From Camelus dromedarius (lineage: Eukaryota), in NCBI RefSeq assembly GCF_036321535.1, contig NC_087437.1, positions 49,416,001 to 49,480,000 on the forward strand: a stretch of 64,000 nt of DNA. Reading direction: 5' to 3'. Both the position numbers and the translations under genes were made by a program. Shown here in pieces: positions 12,881 to 24,620 of the stretch (position 1 is the first letter of the stretch; every line of letters begins with the position of its first letter). The notes under the pieces were generated by a model, which ran no database searches, was not told the DNA's origin, and was given only the letters and a program-made list of their open reading frames with translations.

Positions 12881-13264
12881 ATTACTAATAATCAATACTT
12901 TCTCCTTAAAACACATACATACATAGGACCCAAGTTATTAGCACCCACCAGTGGAACTCTCTACTGAGCTTCTAGATACTGCCTAGCCTGTTGGGAGTAC
13001 AGGAATCAAGGCAGCCTAGACCATTGGCCATGGGACTGATGTCCATAAAAGCATCATACTACATGGGCTGGGGTAAGGAGAAACCAAAGCCAGGGCAGGA
13101 TCCTGAAAAGAGGTTCTATGTTCTCCTGGAATCTTAGAGGGGAGGATTTTAAGGGATAAATTAAAGTGGTGGAGGACAGAGGGGAGAACTCACCAGTTGT
13201 GTCAACTTGTGCTCAAAGTGGACCCCAAGTCCCAAGATGGCAGCTGCAAGAAAGGCGGGAAAAT

Positions 13265-13480
13265 GAACACATACTGAGTACTTACAATGTAGCAGGCATC
13301 ATGCTGGGGCTTTCACACAAATGACCTCATTTAATTTTCACCAAAATCCTTAGGTAAGAATCATTAACCCTTGTTTCCAGTACAATCAAAGTAACTCACC
13401 CAAATTTACATAGCTAGTAAGTGACGCCACTGAGATTGGGTCTTCAAAGTCCTAATGTAGTGCTCTTCATGCTACACCAC
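13265..13480 (-). mobile_element. MIR SINE
   Basis: tactgagtacttacaatgtagcaggcatcatgctggggc...cctcatttaattttcacc...gtaactcacccaaatttacatagctagtaagtg. Confidence 0.8.
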
Positions 13481-14399
13481 CACTTTACATCTCCCAGTGT
13501 TGCTGAATTGTGCTGAGGACCAGTAGATCTTAGAGAATAATCAGGGAGTTTATTCTCCTTGGGAGAGCAGGAAGTAGATCAATTTACCTCCTCAAGCAAT
13601 CCCCACCCCCACTTCTCACGTGACCTGTATTTTCAGTAGTTGCCTTCCAAACACACACCGGTATATCCCTATCTGCTTGCTAATGTTTGAAATTAATTTC
13701 ACTAAGAGAGGCAATGAGGATGAGGATGGGTTTCCATTAACATGTATGTGATATCATTTCTTTGGGGGAGCATGTGGAGGATGGAATGACTTTACTGTGT
13801 ACAGCATGTATTTGGATGGAGAAAGCTGATTAAACCAAGGCCATCACTCCATCAAACCCAAAAAAAAGTGCAGAAGAAGTTCTGAGTCCTCTGTAGCCAT
13901 GTAAGCCTATTATATGGTGGGAACTAGTCCCATAAAACAGTCTCATGAAATGAACCCTGGGTACCATGCCATAAAGTACCCTCTACCCTCAGGGTATCCA
14001 AATGTATCCAGAAAAACCAAGGGCTTTGGGGCTTGGCATTTTACAGCAACAATATGAAGACAGAACTACATCTGCAGCAGCAGAACTGAAATGAATATAA
14101 GACCAGGTTTTTCCAATCTGTCAAAGTAAATTTACTTGGAATTGTGAGCAGCATAAACTCTGTAAGTTCCAGTCTCTTCTTCTATTTTTAACATGTTAGG
14201 ATTCTACCTAATGATTTGGGCAAGTGTAAGAAATAGTTCATCACCCAAGATGCCTCTTTTCTTTGCCACATATTTTGGAACTCCTCTCTCATCTCTGTGA
14301 AATGGTGTCTTCCTTACTATTACTTTTTATGGGTACTACTTAGAACAGAGTTTTCATAATCCGTATCATACTGAGATGTAATGAGTGTAATGGTTAGTG

Positions 14400-14640
14400 G
14401 TATAGAGTGTAGTGGTTAGTGGTTAAGAGTGTGAGCTTTGGAGCCAGAGAACCTTTGTTTGAACCCAGGCTTCATCGTGTACAAGCTATCTAACAGTGGG
14501 CAAGTTACTCTTGTGTGCCTCAGTTTCCTCATCTGTCCAATTTTGAGGTTAATGGTGCTACATCATAAGTCTGTTTGAAGGATTAAATAAGTTAATACAT
14601 GTAAAGCAATTAGAAAAGTGACTGACACATGGTATGAGCC
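14400..14640 (+). mobile_element. MIR SINE (near full length)
   Basis: gtggttaagagtgtgagctttggagccaga...gggcaagttactc...gcctcagtttcctcatctg...ggattaaataagttaatacatgtaaagc. Confidence 0.92.
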
Positions 14641-14803
14641 CAAGTCTCTAGCAAGGATCTCAAGGATGGGGGAAAGAGGTCAGGGGAAAGATGATCCAGG
14701 CTCTAACCAATTTCATATCATGCAGTGGGATGAAGAAGAGGTAACATAAAGTGGCTAAAATTTGTCTCGCTGGTCCATGTCTCAACAGTTCTGAAACAAA
14801 GGC

Positions 14804-14955
14804 CAGTGCCTTTTGAATTTTAATGTGCGTATGAATCGCCTGGAGATCTTGTTAAAGTAAAGACCTATCCATTAGGTCCAAGATGCAGCTCGAGAGTGTG
14901 CATTTCTACCAGGTGATGCTAACGCTGCTGGTCTGCAGACCTCACACTGAGGATC
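14804..14955. mobile_element. MER5A1-like hAT MITE
   Basis: gaatcgcctggagatcttgttaaa...tgcatttctaccaggtgatgctaacgctgctggtctgcagacctcacactgag. Confidence 0.8.
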
Positions 14956-15684
14956 CAGAGTCCAGAGCATGCCTATTCTCAATGCCACACAACCTCTTTC
15001 TCTAGGATAGGAAGATCTCCAGGGATCTTCCTTTTACCCAGCCTCTTTTTTTGTCATTTTGATCATGGGTCATAGGTCAAAACAATGTTTGAAAATAAGT
15101 ATTGATTTGGAGGAAAATGGCACAGATATTCTATCCTAAATTATATAAAAGTTTTAATCCTTAAACATTTGATGACTTTTCCTCTTAGAATCCAAAACTG
15201 GCTTCTCCTTTCTGCTCATTAATTACAAACTAAAGGATTGAGATGGTTTTTGAGGTAGACAAAATATCTCCATCTGCTTTGCAAATAGGGATGGAATCAG
15301 CAAAGCCAAGCATCCTCTTGCCAAATGGTGACCTTTGCCAAGCAACCAGTTCTTTAATTCTAACCTCATGCACATTTCAAGGGAAATGCAAACCACATGT
15401 TTGTGTTCCACTGACACATAAATCATTGGCATTTCTCATAAAAAGATTTTTGATTGTTTAGGAGCTTTAAACTACCAGGCAGTGTTTTGCTAAGACCAAA
15501 GTTGGGCCTTAGCAAACAGCTAAGTTGAAAAGCATTCATATTTGAAAAGTCTAAATCCAGTCAAATGACCATTTTTGACCTGGTGATTCCACAGATTTAG
15601 GCTAAATTAATTTTTAACCATTTAGTCAATTTCTTCACTATCTTCTATAGATACTCATGAAAGTTAGGAAATGCAGAGAATTGA

Positions 15685-15685
<1 letters not shown>

Positions 15686-15740
<55 letters not shown>
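15686..15740. repeat. Perfect (TG)27 microsatellite
   Basis: Read directly from the sequence. Confidence 0.99.
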
Positions 15741-15743
<3 letters not shown>

Positions 15744-15898
15744 AAAACATGCCTACAGGCAGAATCAGCAAGCATCATTTCTAATCTTTTCTGAAGCCAG
15801 CAAAAAGACATCAGGAAGACTGATTCACACCCTACTATCAAGTCACTTACGACTAATCTTACCTCTGATTCCACCAAGATTCAATCAGAGCCGTACAG

Positions 15899-16547
15899 CA
15901 GGAGTTGACAAACCTTTTCTGTAAATAGCCATTAATAAATATTATAGGTTTATATATTAGTTTGCTAGGGCAGCTGTAACAAAGTACCACAAACTGGGTA
16001 CAGAACCAACAGAAACATATTGTCCCACAATTCTGGAGGCTAGAAGTTAAGATCAAGGTGTCAGCAGGGTTGGTTCCTTTTGAGGGCTGTAAGAATCTGT
16101 TCCATGTCTTTCTCCTGGCTTCTGGTGGCTTGCTGGCAATCTCTGGTCTTCCTTGGCTGCATCACCCTGATCTCTGCTGTCACCTTCATGTGATGAACAT
16201 GTCTGTGTCCACATTTCCCCTTTTCATGAGGATACCAGTAATACTGGATTAGGGGCTCACCTTGTCCAGCATGACTTCTTCCTAACTTAATTATATCCGC
16301 AATGACCCTATTTTAAGGTCACATTCTGAAATACTAGGGGTTAGGACTCCAACATATGGACTTGGGGGGAGGGGAGGACACAATTCAACCTGTTGCACAC
16401 AGTATCTGTCCCAAATACTCAACTCAGCCCTTGTAGTACAAAAGTAGTCATAGAAAATCCATTTTAAAATGTTCACGGCTGTGTTACAGTGAAGTTTTAC
16501 TTAAGAAAACAGGCAGTAGGCCTGCGGGCAGCAGTTTGAAGATGCCA
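15899..16547 (-). mobile_element. MER58A-like hAT MITE split by an MLT1 LTR
   Basis: caggagttgacaaaccttttctgtaaatagcc...aaatattataggttt (15899-15950) continues after 16393 with tatctgtcccaaatactcaactcagcc...aaaacaggcagtaggcctgcgggcagcagtttg. Confidence 0.85.
15951..16393 (-). mobile_element. MLT1B/C-like MaLR solo LTR
   Basis: tattagtttgctagggcagctgtaacaaagtaccacaaactggg...ttctggaggctagaag...aaggtcacattctgaaatactaggggttaggact...acacaattcaacc. Confidence 0.92.
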
Positions 16548-19436
16548 GTCTTACAGTATCTCTGATCCTTTCTGAACATGAAAGAACACAGGAAGAGATT
16601 TGGCATTTGGCAAAAAAGAAAAAATAACTTGCAAGTTTTAGGAATACCTACTTTGTATTTTTTATTCTAGTCACAATGGTTTACATTTAGCTTTAATATG
16701 TTATGTTTACATTCTGATATAATCTGACTTAGCATACACAGTGTCAGTTAAGGAAACTGATACTAATTGTATAATTATGACTCTAGTTTTCATATACTGT
16801 GTCTTTGGGCTGTCACTAAGTTCAAGAACGACAGGGAAATAGACCTTTCCATTTAACACTATGCTGCATGCCTTGCTTTTTAGTATGAATGTGTCCAAAA
16901 CATTATAATTATTTTTGATTTTTAATGCCCTTAGAAATGTATGTATATTTACCCTCAATACATCTCTATATTCCTTTCCATATAATTAATATTTCTAGAA
17001 TGCCGACAAGCACTATATTTAGTTGTATACAGTGAGTCCTGGACAAGGCACACACATTGTCTCCAGGGATTTACTCTGCCTTAGAAGATATATATAAAGG
17101 AAATAGATAATACGGTAGCATATATTCAAACATCATCCAAAGATTTACATATATCTCTGCCCCGTAGGGGGAGCTGCTTTGCCCTGCTTGGGTCCATATA
17201 CATACACAGATAAGTGAATCTTGCATCTTCACTTATGGAACCTTAAATGGAACCAAATTAGAGAGTTCTGTATAGGGTCATAGATGTAAGAGCGCTTTAA
17301 AAAGCTTTCACAGAAAGCTTGAAAGTTGACTGCGCAGTAAAGACAAGATATCAATCAGCCATGTACTATATATTTTGCAATAGTAGCAGAGGTCATGCTC
17401 CCACTTATGTTAAAACATAGATTGGGCTTATTAATGTACTTTTATATTAAAACGCTAGGCCTCTGGAAAACCCTGGAACTCTTCCTCCATATGGTTATAA
17501 AGGTGGCTAGAGTCAGAGGTCAGTATGTGCTTTAAATGTTAAGGGAAAGATGTGCAAGTAGTGAGTGGTCTTATTGGGGATGAAATGAACTCAGTCGCAG
17601 GTATCAGGATTAGATGTTAGGGGCTCATTCATCTTCAGCAGAGGTGCCCCACGGAATCACTTACTTGGAGTGCCCCAAGACTGGCCTTGTATTAGGATCT
17701 GAAAGAAAATACCCACTGGATTGTACCAATTATAAAATAGGTCAAATTTGGGGTCCAAAAAAGTGGACCATATGCCTTTAATCAGGTTTGTTACCTAAAA
17801 GGTTTTCAGTTCAGACAGAAATTTTCAGAGAAAGTGTCAGCTATGATGATATATAAAGTTATATGACCTGAAATGTCAGATGTATGTGGCTTTAATAATT
17901 TTAACCATTTTAGGCCCAAAGAAAACTTCTAAAATCATAATTAAAATGCTGTTGTTCTCTTTATAATTATAGAAACACCACATTTCCTGACTACCACACC
18001 CATGACTTTCAATAATAGAAGCTAAGATCTGCCTTTACACATTCAGTAGATTTTATAATCACATATAGTTGACTTTTATTGCCTGAAATAAGACTTGAGC
18101 TCAAGGAATAAAACAAGAATTTATTCTACAATAAAACAGTAGAGCATCCCTAAAAATTTTTTTTCAATCCGGAAATTCTTTTAATCTCTTGGTTTCCCTG
18201 CTCTATAGTTTAAAAGCAACGGTTGGCTGTCCTAAGAATCTCGTACACACTTGTTTGGATCTGGGGCAGTTTCTCTCTTTTCCTTCTACTTCTGTTAGAA
18301 TAAAGGTAAGGGACTCCATCTTCCCACAGAACTAGAAAAAGAGGATGGAACAAAATGGCTTTTTTCTTCTCAATACTTTGCAAACTTTAACTAAGAAAAT
18401 GAAGCTCTACAGCAAGTCAATGCAAAATAATGATAATATTAATAATGATGGTAGTGATGATAATGATGAATTAGACAATATAATTCTCTTCTTATTCTAA
18501 GTGTGAAAACTGAAGCAAAATGATGAAGTGCCTTTCCCAAGACCAGTGGCTCCACAATTAGAACTTGGGTTTTCCCTCCCTTCACACCTCTTCTTCAGAG
18601 GAGAACAAATATCACTAATGTTCATCCTCACCAGGAGAAAACCATACTGGCCCATTCAATGGCCAATTAGAATAAATTGTAAATTAGGGCAAATATGATA
18701 GGTAATACAAAAATCAAAAGCTCTCTAAAGAAAAGGAACAAAAAACCTGAATAAATAAGCTTAACGGTCCATTGTTTGTAGGGGAAAAGGATGAAATTAT
18801 CATCATAATATTCTATGAATTGAAAATGAAGATAAATTTTTATGTGGAAAGATTTTACCAAAAAATTCTACCCAGAGAGTGAGACTCTGCTAGGAGACGT
18901 ACTAGTTTTCATAAAAGGGATATTAGCCCATGTCTGATAAGAGATAAAAATATGCTTTGTGTGAATCTAAGTAAACAGGTCAATTAAGATTCTTCATACA
19001 AACCCACGTTGAAGGGAATGTTTGTGACTGCACTAAGCATTTGGACATTAAAACTGCCTCCACAGGAGAGTGTTCTAATCATCCCAGAATCGGCCCCACA
19101 GAGTCTGAATCATTCGGGTGAAAACACCTCCTCTCTTTAAGAGAAATTTTAGAGGTACGAGTTAACAGTAAATACTATAATGCTGCTTTTGACATGAGAT
19201 AAAAACCTAGTCTAAATATCAATCCGCAGATGCCAAACCTGTGTTTAAACAAAGTACCAATCTGTTCCCCCATCAAAACTCTGGGTAAGATATTGTTTCC
19301 ACATTCAGAGACATTAGCCCAGCAATGCAAGGGGAAAAAAATCTTCATTTGGACAGTGCATCTTTCAGACATTCCCTTCTTTTATTGATTTGTTTTCTCC
19401 TGTCCCTTTTCTCCTTCTTTTGTTTCCTTATCATAG

Positions 19437-19464
19437 CTTCAGGTTATTACGTGCAAAGTATTGA
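19437..19464 (+). CDS. Candidate coding start of the last exon of an unidentified plus-strand gene
   Basis: About 40-nt polypyrimidine tract ending tcatag|CTTCAG. Short tails in every frame: FRLLRAKY* (stop ends 19464), SGYYVQSIDGNGWFWSMES* (19498), or 46 aa (19577). Frame unknown. Confidence 0.45.
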
Positions 19465-20860
19465 TGGGAATGGATGGTTTTGGTCGATGGAGAGCTAATG
19501 CATCCCTAATCCCACTATTGTTACAGAGTTATGCTTTACTCTGGTCTCTGATGGGGGAAAAGGTGCAAAGCTGTTGATCCTAGTTTTATTTGTCACAAAC
19601 CCATCCATCAATCAAGCGCAAGCATGTCTGAATGCTGAATGACATGTGGGTCTCAGCTGAAAAAATTCGATAACACTGTATTGTCAGGTCTCTCACTCTT
19701 TTTTTTTTTTGATAAGAAATACATTTGACTGAAATAGATAAGCATGCAACTACTAAAGACTTGAAGAGAGAAAGTGACATATTGGCACCAAAGGTTATAT
19801 ATCTTTGGTATTAATGATACTTATGAGTAAATAAAATGGGAGGGGGCAGCTACAGCTAGAGACATACAACATCCCTAAGGCTGGGTTATGTTTAAGTATC
19901 GTTGCTCTCTTATTGTTTGGTTTTCAGCATTAATCTGACCGTATTTCACAGTCGGCTACCCTGGTTAAAATGTAAGCAAATGTGCATTTGGTGAGGGTGG
20001 TGAGGTGCAGGGAATCAAATATCACTTGTTTACACTGCTCTGAACAATTCAGATAGATCCTTTTTTGTTATGTATGGTAGGTAAACCCATGGAATATTTT
20101 TTTGTGTATATATGAACTCATAAGTTCACAACTGTCTGCTCTTGTGAGTGAAAGCATTTGGGGGGGAAAGCTTTAATTATTTTAAACTGGAAATATATAT
20201 GCATGTCATTTTAATAGTGACTTAACTTATAATTACAATCTCAAAAATGGTTTCTGTGTGTCCTTTTTATTCTTAGTTACTAAATTAGGTACTTTAATAC
20301 ATTATGAAAGCCTGTCTTTTCAGTTATATACAATTTTCTATTCATAGTTATTTCGAGATAATTGCATTTGGAAATAGTTAAAGCATTAAAAACAACACTA
20401 GTATAATATAATTTTAGGGGCAAAATTAATCAACAAATCAGAACATTTTCAAAACCATTTTATTTTCTTGTCATAACATTTTAGAGAAGACAAGTATTTT
20501 TTTAAATGACCTAAAAAAAAAAGCCCATCAAGAAAGGTAACAAAAAGACAGTCCTGAATTAGAGAGCACTAAGATGAACGTTTTGTAGCCGTTAAGTATC
20601 ACTGCGCTATGAAAGTAAGCCATTTTTCCTCTGTTCAGTGACTGGGGGCTAGAAAACTGCAAAAAATCAATGTGGAAGTGCTTTATATTTGTGGGGTAAA
20701 TTACATGTGCTTGGCCGCTCCATTGTATCTGCCCTATATTCTATACAAGATACTTTAGATGGAACTGTCACATAATACATATACTTCATACTGACTTTTA
20801 TAGATTTAAAAGAACTTGAATTGAACTCTTGTAATAAAGCAAGAGAAACTGTATCTCCTT
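19465..20860 (+). other. Candidate 3'UTR with tandem polyadenylation signals
   Basis: No recognisable repeats, U-rich; AATAAA 19830-19835, ATTAAA 20385-20390, AATAAA 20833-20838; miR-30 8mer TGTTTACA 20027-20034; Pumilio element TGTATATA 20105-20112. Confidence 0.45.
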
Positions 20861-22129
20861 CAAATCCCTAATACCCGAGTTATTCTTGAAATTAACTAAA
20901 TGGTAACTCCTAATTTTAAATTCATGGTGAGAGACCAAAAAAAAAAAAAAAATCAAGTCTGATTCCTAATTCTCCTTACCTTCTGTTTTGTTTCTCTTAC
21001 TGACATTTTATCTTAATTACCCCACCTCTTTAAACCCATGTTAATTCTTAAAAGATTTCCCAGGAGGGCCCATGAACCAGCAAATGAGAGCCAACCAAAC
21101 CTTTAAAAGTTGTCAGAAGTTCCAAACAATGATCTTTCTGTTGACTATTCTTCTGGGTTTCCAACTCGATTCATTTGGTTTGGCCTCAGTTTACAGTGGC
21201 TTTTAGGCTATTGTGACTTCTGATCCCACTTAAATAAAGTATCCAAGGCCACCATAAGGTTCAGGGAGTCCATGGTTATCCCAAGGGCAGCCTCTCCTAG
21301 CCAGACACTACCTATGAGGTTCCAAACCACCCCAGTTGGTAGAGAAGCAATTCAGTCCCAAATTTTAAAAATACTATGAGGTTGTCCAGTCAACTCTGGA
21401 TATCCAGGTTCTAGGCTCTGGATAGGACTATAACCCAGCTTCTACATCTCTTTAGAATAAGGATTTATTGAATCTGGGGTGACCTTTGTTCCACAGTGGG
21501 TCTCCAGGAAGAATACGGACTATTGTAATTTTACTCACAGTGATGAGAAAGAAACAACAGCAACATGAAAACTACAAGGAACCATTTTAAGATTTGGTGC
21601 TATTAGGGAGTCATTTCATCAAAACGCCTTGTGGAGAAGGATGAAATGTGGGATAAAAGGGATTTCTGTTCTGGTGACATTTTGAAACATTTAAAAAATA
21701 ATTTAGAAAATATTTAATATTATAAAGAAGAAAATGATATCATTCATAATGCCATAACCCACAAGAGGCATTTGTTCCTTTTCTATATGATATGTGATAT
21801 AATGAAATATTGAGAGACAGATTAATCAATTGATCTCATGGGAATATTTTTAATGTGGCTAATGACACATTAATAATCCTATTCTAAACCTCCTTTCATT
21901 AAAGAAAATCATTATGAGAATGTCTATCATTTATAAGTGACTTAAAACCAGTTTTTTTCACATAAATGAATGTTAGAGATAGCCAAGATATTAAATAATA
22001 TTTTCCCATGGGACAGAGAATTTGGAACTCTACTCCAATGGTGAAAGGATCTAGAAACAGTTTTTTTCAGATGACTATAAGATAAAGTTCTAATGATTTC
22101 TGCTAGCCATACTCAGCACAACCACCAAA

Positions 22130-22168
22130 TGTGTGTGTGTGTCTGTGTGTGTGTGTGTGAGAGAGAGA
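22130..22168. repeat. Compound (TG)n(AG)n microsatellite
   Basis: Read directly from the sequence. Confidence 0.95.
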
Positions 22169-22229
22169 AACCATTTGAGTTTGGGAATATTTATTATAGT
22201 TAATTAATATTTTCAACAAACTTTTTTTT

Positions 22230-22575
22230 TAAATGAGAACAGAATAAAATTAGGAAAAAAGACATGTATAAACACAACTCTAAATCTCTACTAAAGAACC
22301 CAAAAGAAGATTTAAAAAATAGAAACATATGTCATTCTTCTGATTAAGAGATGCTCTATGATAAATAAATTCTTTCCAAGTAAATGTGTGTATGTAATAT
22401 AAATAAAATTAAAATGCTAATACCATTTTTAACCTAATAGACTAATTCGAAAGTTTATTTGGAAGAATAAATGTGTGATCAAAGTCTAAAAAAATATTAA
22501 GAAAGAAATTTGAGAAAGGACTTGTTCTACCAGGTGTCAAAGTATGTTGTAAAGCTTCACTAATTAAACAGTGCA
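22230..22575 (+). mobile_element. Ancient L1 (L1M-type) ORF2 fragment
   Basis: A-rich degenerate L1: aaaagaagatttaaaaaatagaaacatatgtcattcttc...ggacttgttctaccaggtgtcaaagtatgttgtaaagct. Confidence 0.7.
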
Positions 22576-23239
22576 TATTCTAGGGATGTGTATCCCCTCG
22601 GTCCCCAGTTCTGGTGCTGTTCACTCTGAAACTGCAGTGTCCTATAGTCTAAATTACTCTCCGAACCTCCGAGGGGAGAAAATAAGCAAAGCAGCAGCAG
22701 CAGTGATGAGAGAGCTTTTCTTCCTACCAGTATTCCTCGGATTTGGCCCCTGGCAGAGGATAAAGGGGGAAGTGACGGTTATCACAGGAGCACATAAAGA
22801 ACTAAGAAACCTTGATACCCTACGTATTTTCCTACCTTACAGTGAGGTAGAATTCACTTTAAAGAGACACACAGAGAAGTACTTTACTCTCTCCCCAATT
22901 CCTCTCTCCTTGCTTTAGTCAAAGTTAGAGCAGCTATGCCTTTAAATAGTTTAAAGTGTTCCCCCAAATAGTTCTTTTAAAAATCTAACACCTTTGCAGG
23001 AAAGAAGGGAAGAAAATCCTCCACCAAAGCTCATCCAAGCATTTTTGGAACTGATTATAGGGGAGGAAAATTGTCTTATGTGATTTGAAAAAGCAGAAAC
23101 TATCACTTGGCTTTTAGGCCTGCCCTGGCTCATTGATCTCCCAAATTCCACCCAAACAGACACAGCAGTAGAACAAATAGAATCCTGAAACAGAGCCTAT
23201 GAATTTGGTATTGGTAAAAGTGAGATTTTAAATAGATAG

Positions 23240-24620
23240 GGTTGCTCTCATACACTACTGGTATGAATGTAAAATTGGTAAGCCAATTTAGAAGCCAATT
23301 TTTGCAGTGTCTGTTAAAATGAAATACATGCATTGCCCATGATCCAGCAATTCCACTTTTCTCCACTTCTCCCTGACAAACTTCAGCACATGTGCACAGC
23401 AGGTACAAGGATGCAGCACTAGTTGAATAGTGAAAAAACTTGGAAATAATAAATGGCCATCAGCAGGGGACTGGTCAAATAAACTATTCAGGAATCATAC
23501 TATGAGTATGATGTGTAAGTAGGGAAGCATGAGATAGATCTCTCTGTACTGGTACAAAAAAGATCTCCGAAACATATCACTGAGTGAAAGCAAGCTTCAG
23601 AATATTACCACACAAGGTATTGTACGCTGAGGTATATATACCTCATACATACATGTGTCCCACACCAATCACTATGAAAAAAGATCCCATAAATTTTCAT
23701 TAATTTTTGTCTACCTCAAACCATACATAAAAATATATTTATGTATTAACTTAGCTGTGACTTTTTTCAAACTATAAAATCACTAAAAGGAATTATATGA
23801 GAATATTTATTTAACCTGGCTAAGGTTAAATAAAGGCCAGAAACTATAAAGGAAATTTCTGAAAGCTTTAACTTTATGACAAAATAATAGCAATAAACTT
23901 GTATACAGCAAAAAACAGTAAGAAAAATTGAAAGAAAAATTGTTGGCGGGAGTTCAGATGGCTACAGCATTTCTTAGGGAGAAATCCATCAATATGTACA
24001 TTTAAAATGCAGATACCCTGTATCCCAGCAATTCTACTTACAAGAGTTTATGCCAAGGAAATAATTGTACACACTGTCAATTTTGTGTGTAAAAGGATGT
24101 CCAGAGTGGTATTTTGTGTTTATAACTGCACATAAAGGGAGGGGGTATGAAATGTCCATCAGTAAGTAAATGGTTCAATAGATCACAATGCTTCCATGTA
24201 ATGGAATATTATATAGCCATTAAGATAGATAATACAGATATTAACCTTTATTGAGTTCCACTGGCAAAACTGACTTAAATGCAGTATCTCATCCAATCCT
24301 TTCAACAATGCTTTGACGTAGATATAGAGAGGTTAAGTGGCCACAAACATAAGATGTCTCACTCCAAATCTGGAACTTTTGGAGGATCTGTATGTACTGA
24401 CATAGAAAGATATTAGTGAAACACTAATATGAAAAAAAGGAAGTTGAAGGATAGTAGAACAGTGCAGTCACATTTATATAATAAATGTAAAAGTCACATA
24501 TATATATAATAAATGTAGAAGTCTGATAGGGAGAGAGAAACATGTTAAAGCGGTTGTCTACATGGATGGGTGTTATATACTTTTTACTTAACTATAATTT
24601 CTGATTTTTTTTTCCAGCAA
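23240..24620 (+). mobile_element. Ancient L1ME-type 3' fragments, with a MIR piece at about 24240-24380
   Basis: ctctcatacactactggtatgaatgtaaaattggta...gatccagcaattccacttt; ccctgtatcccagcaattctactt; aatggaatattatatagccattaa. Confidence 0.75.

Noticed and set aside
15638..15924. ORFs with CV/HT repeats here and at 27158-27497, and the poly-Ile ORF at 49129
   Set aside because: They are translations of microsatellites
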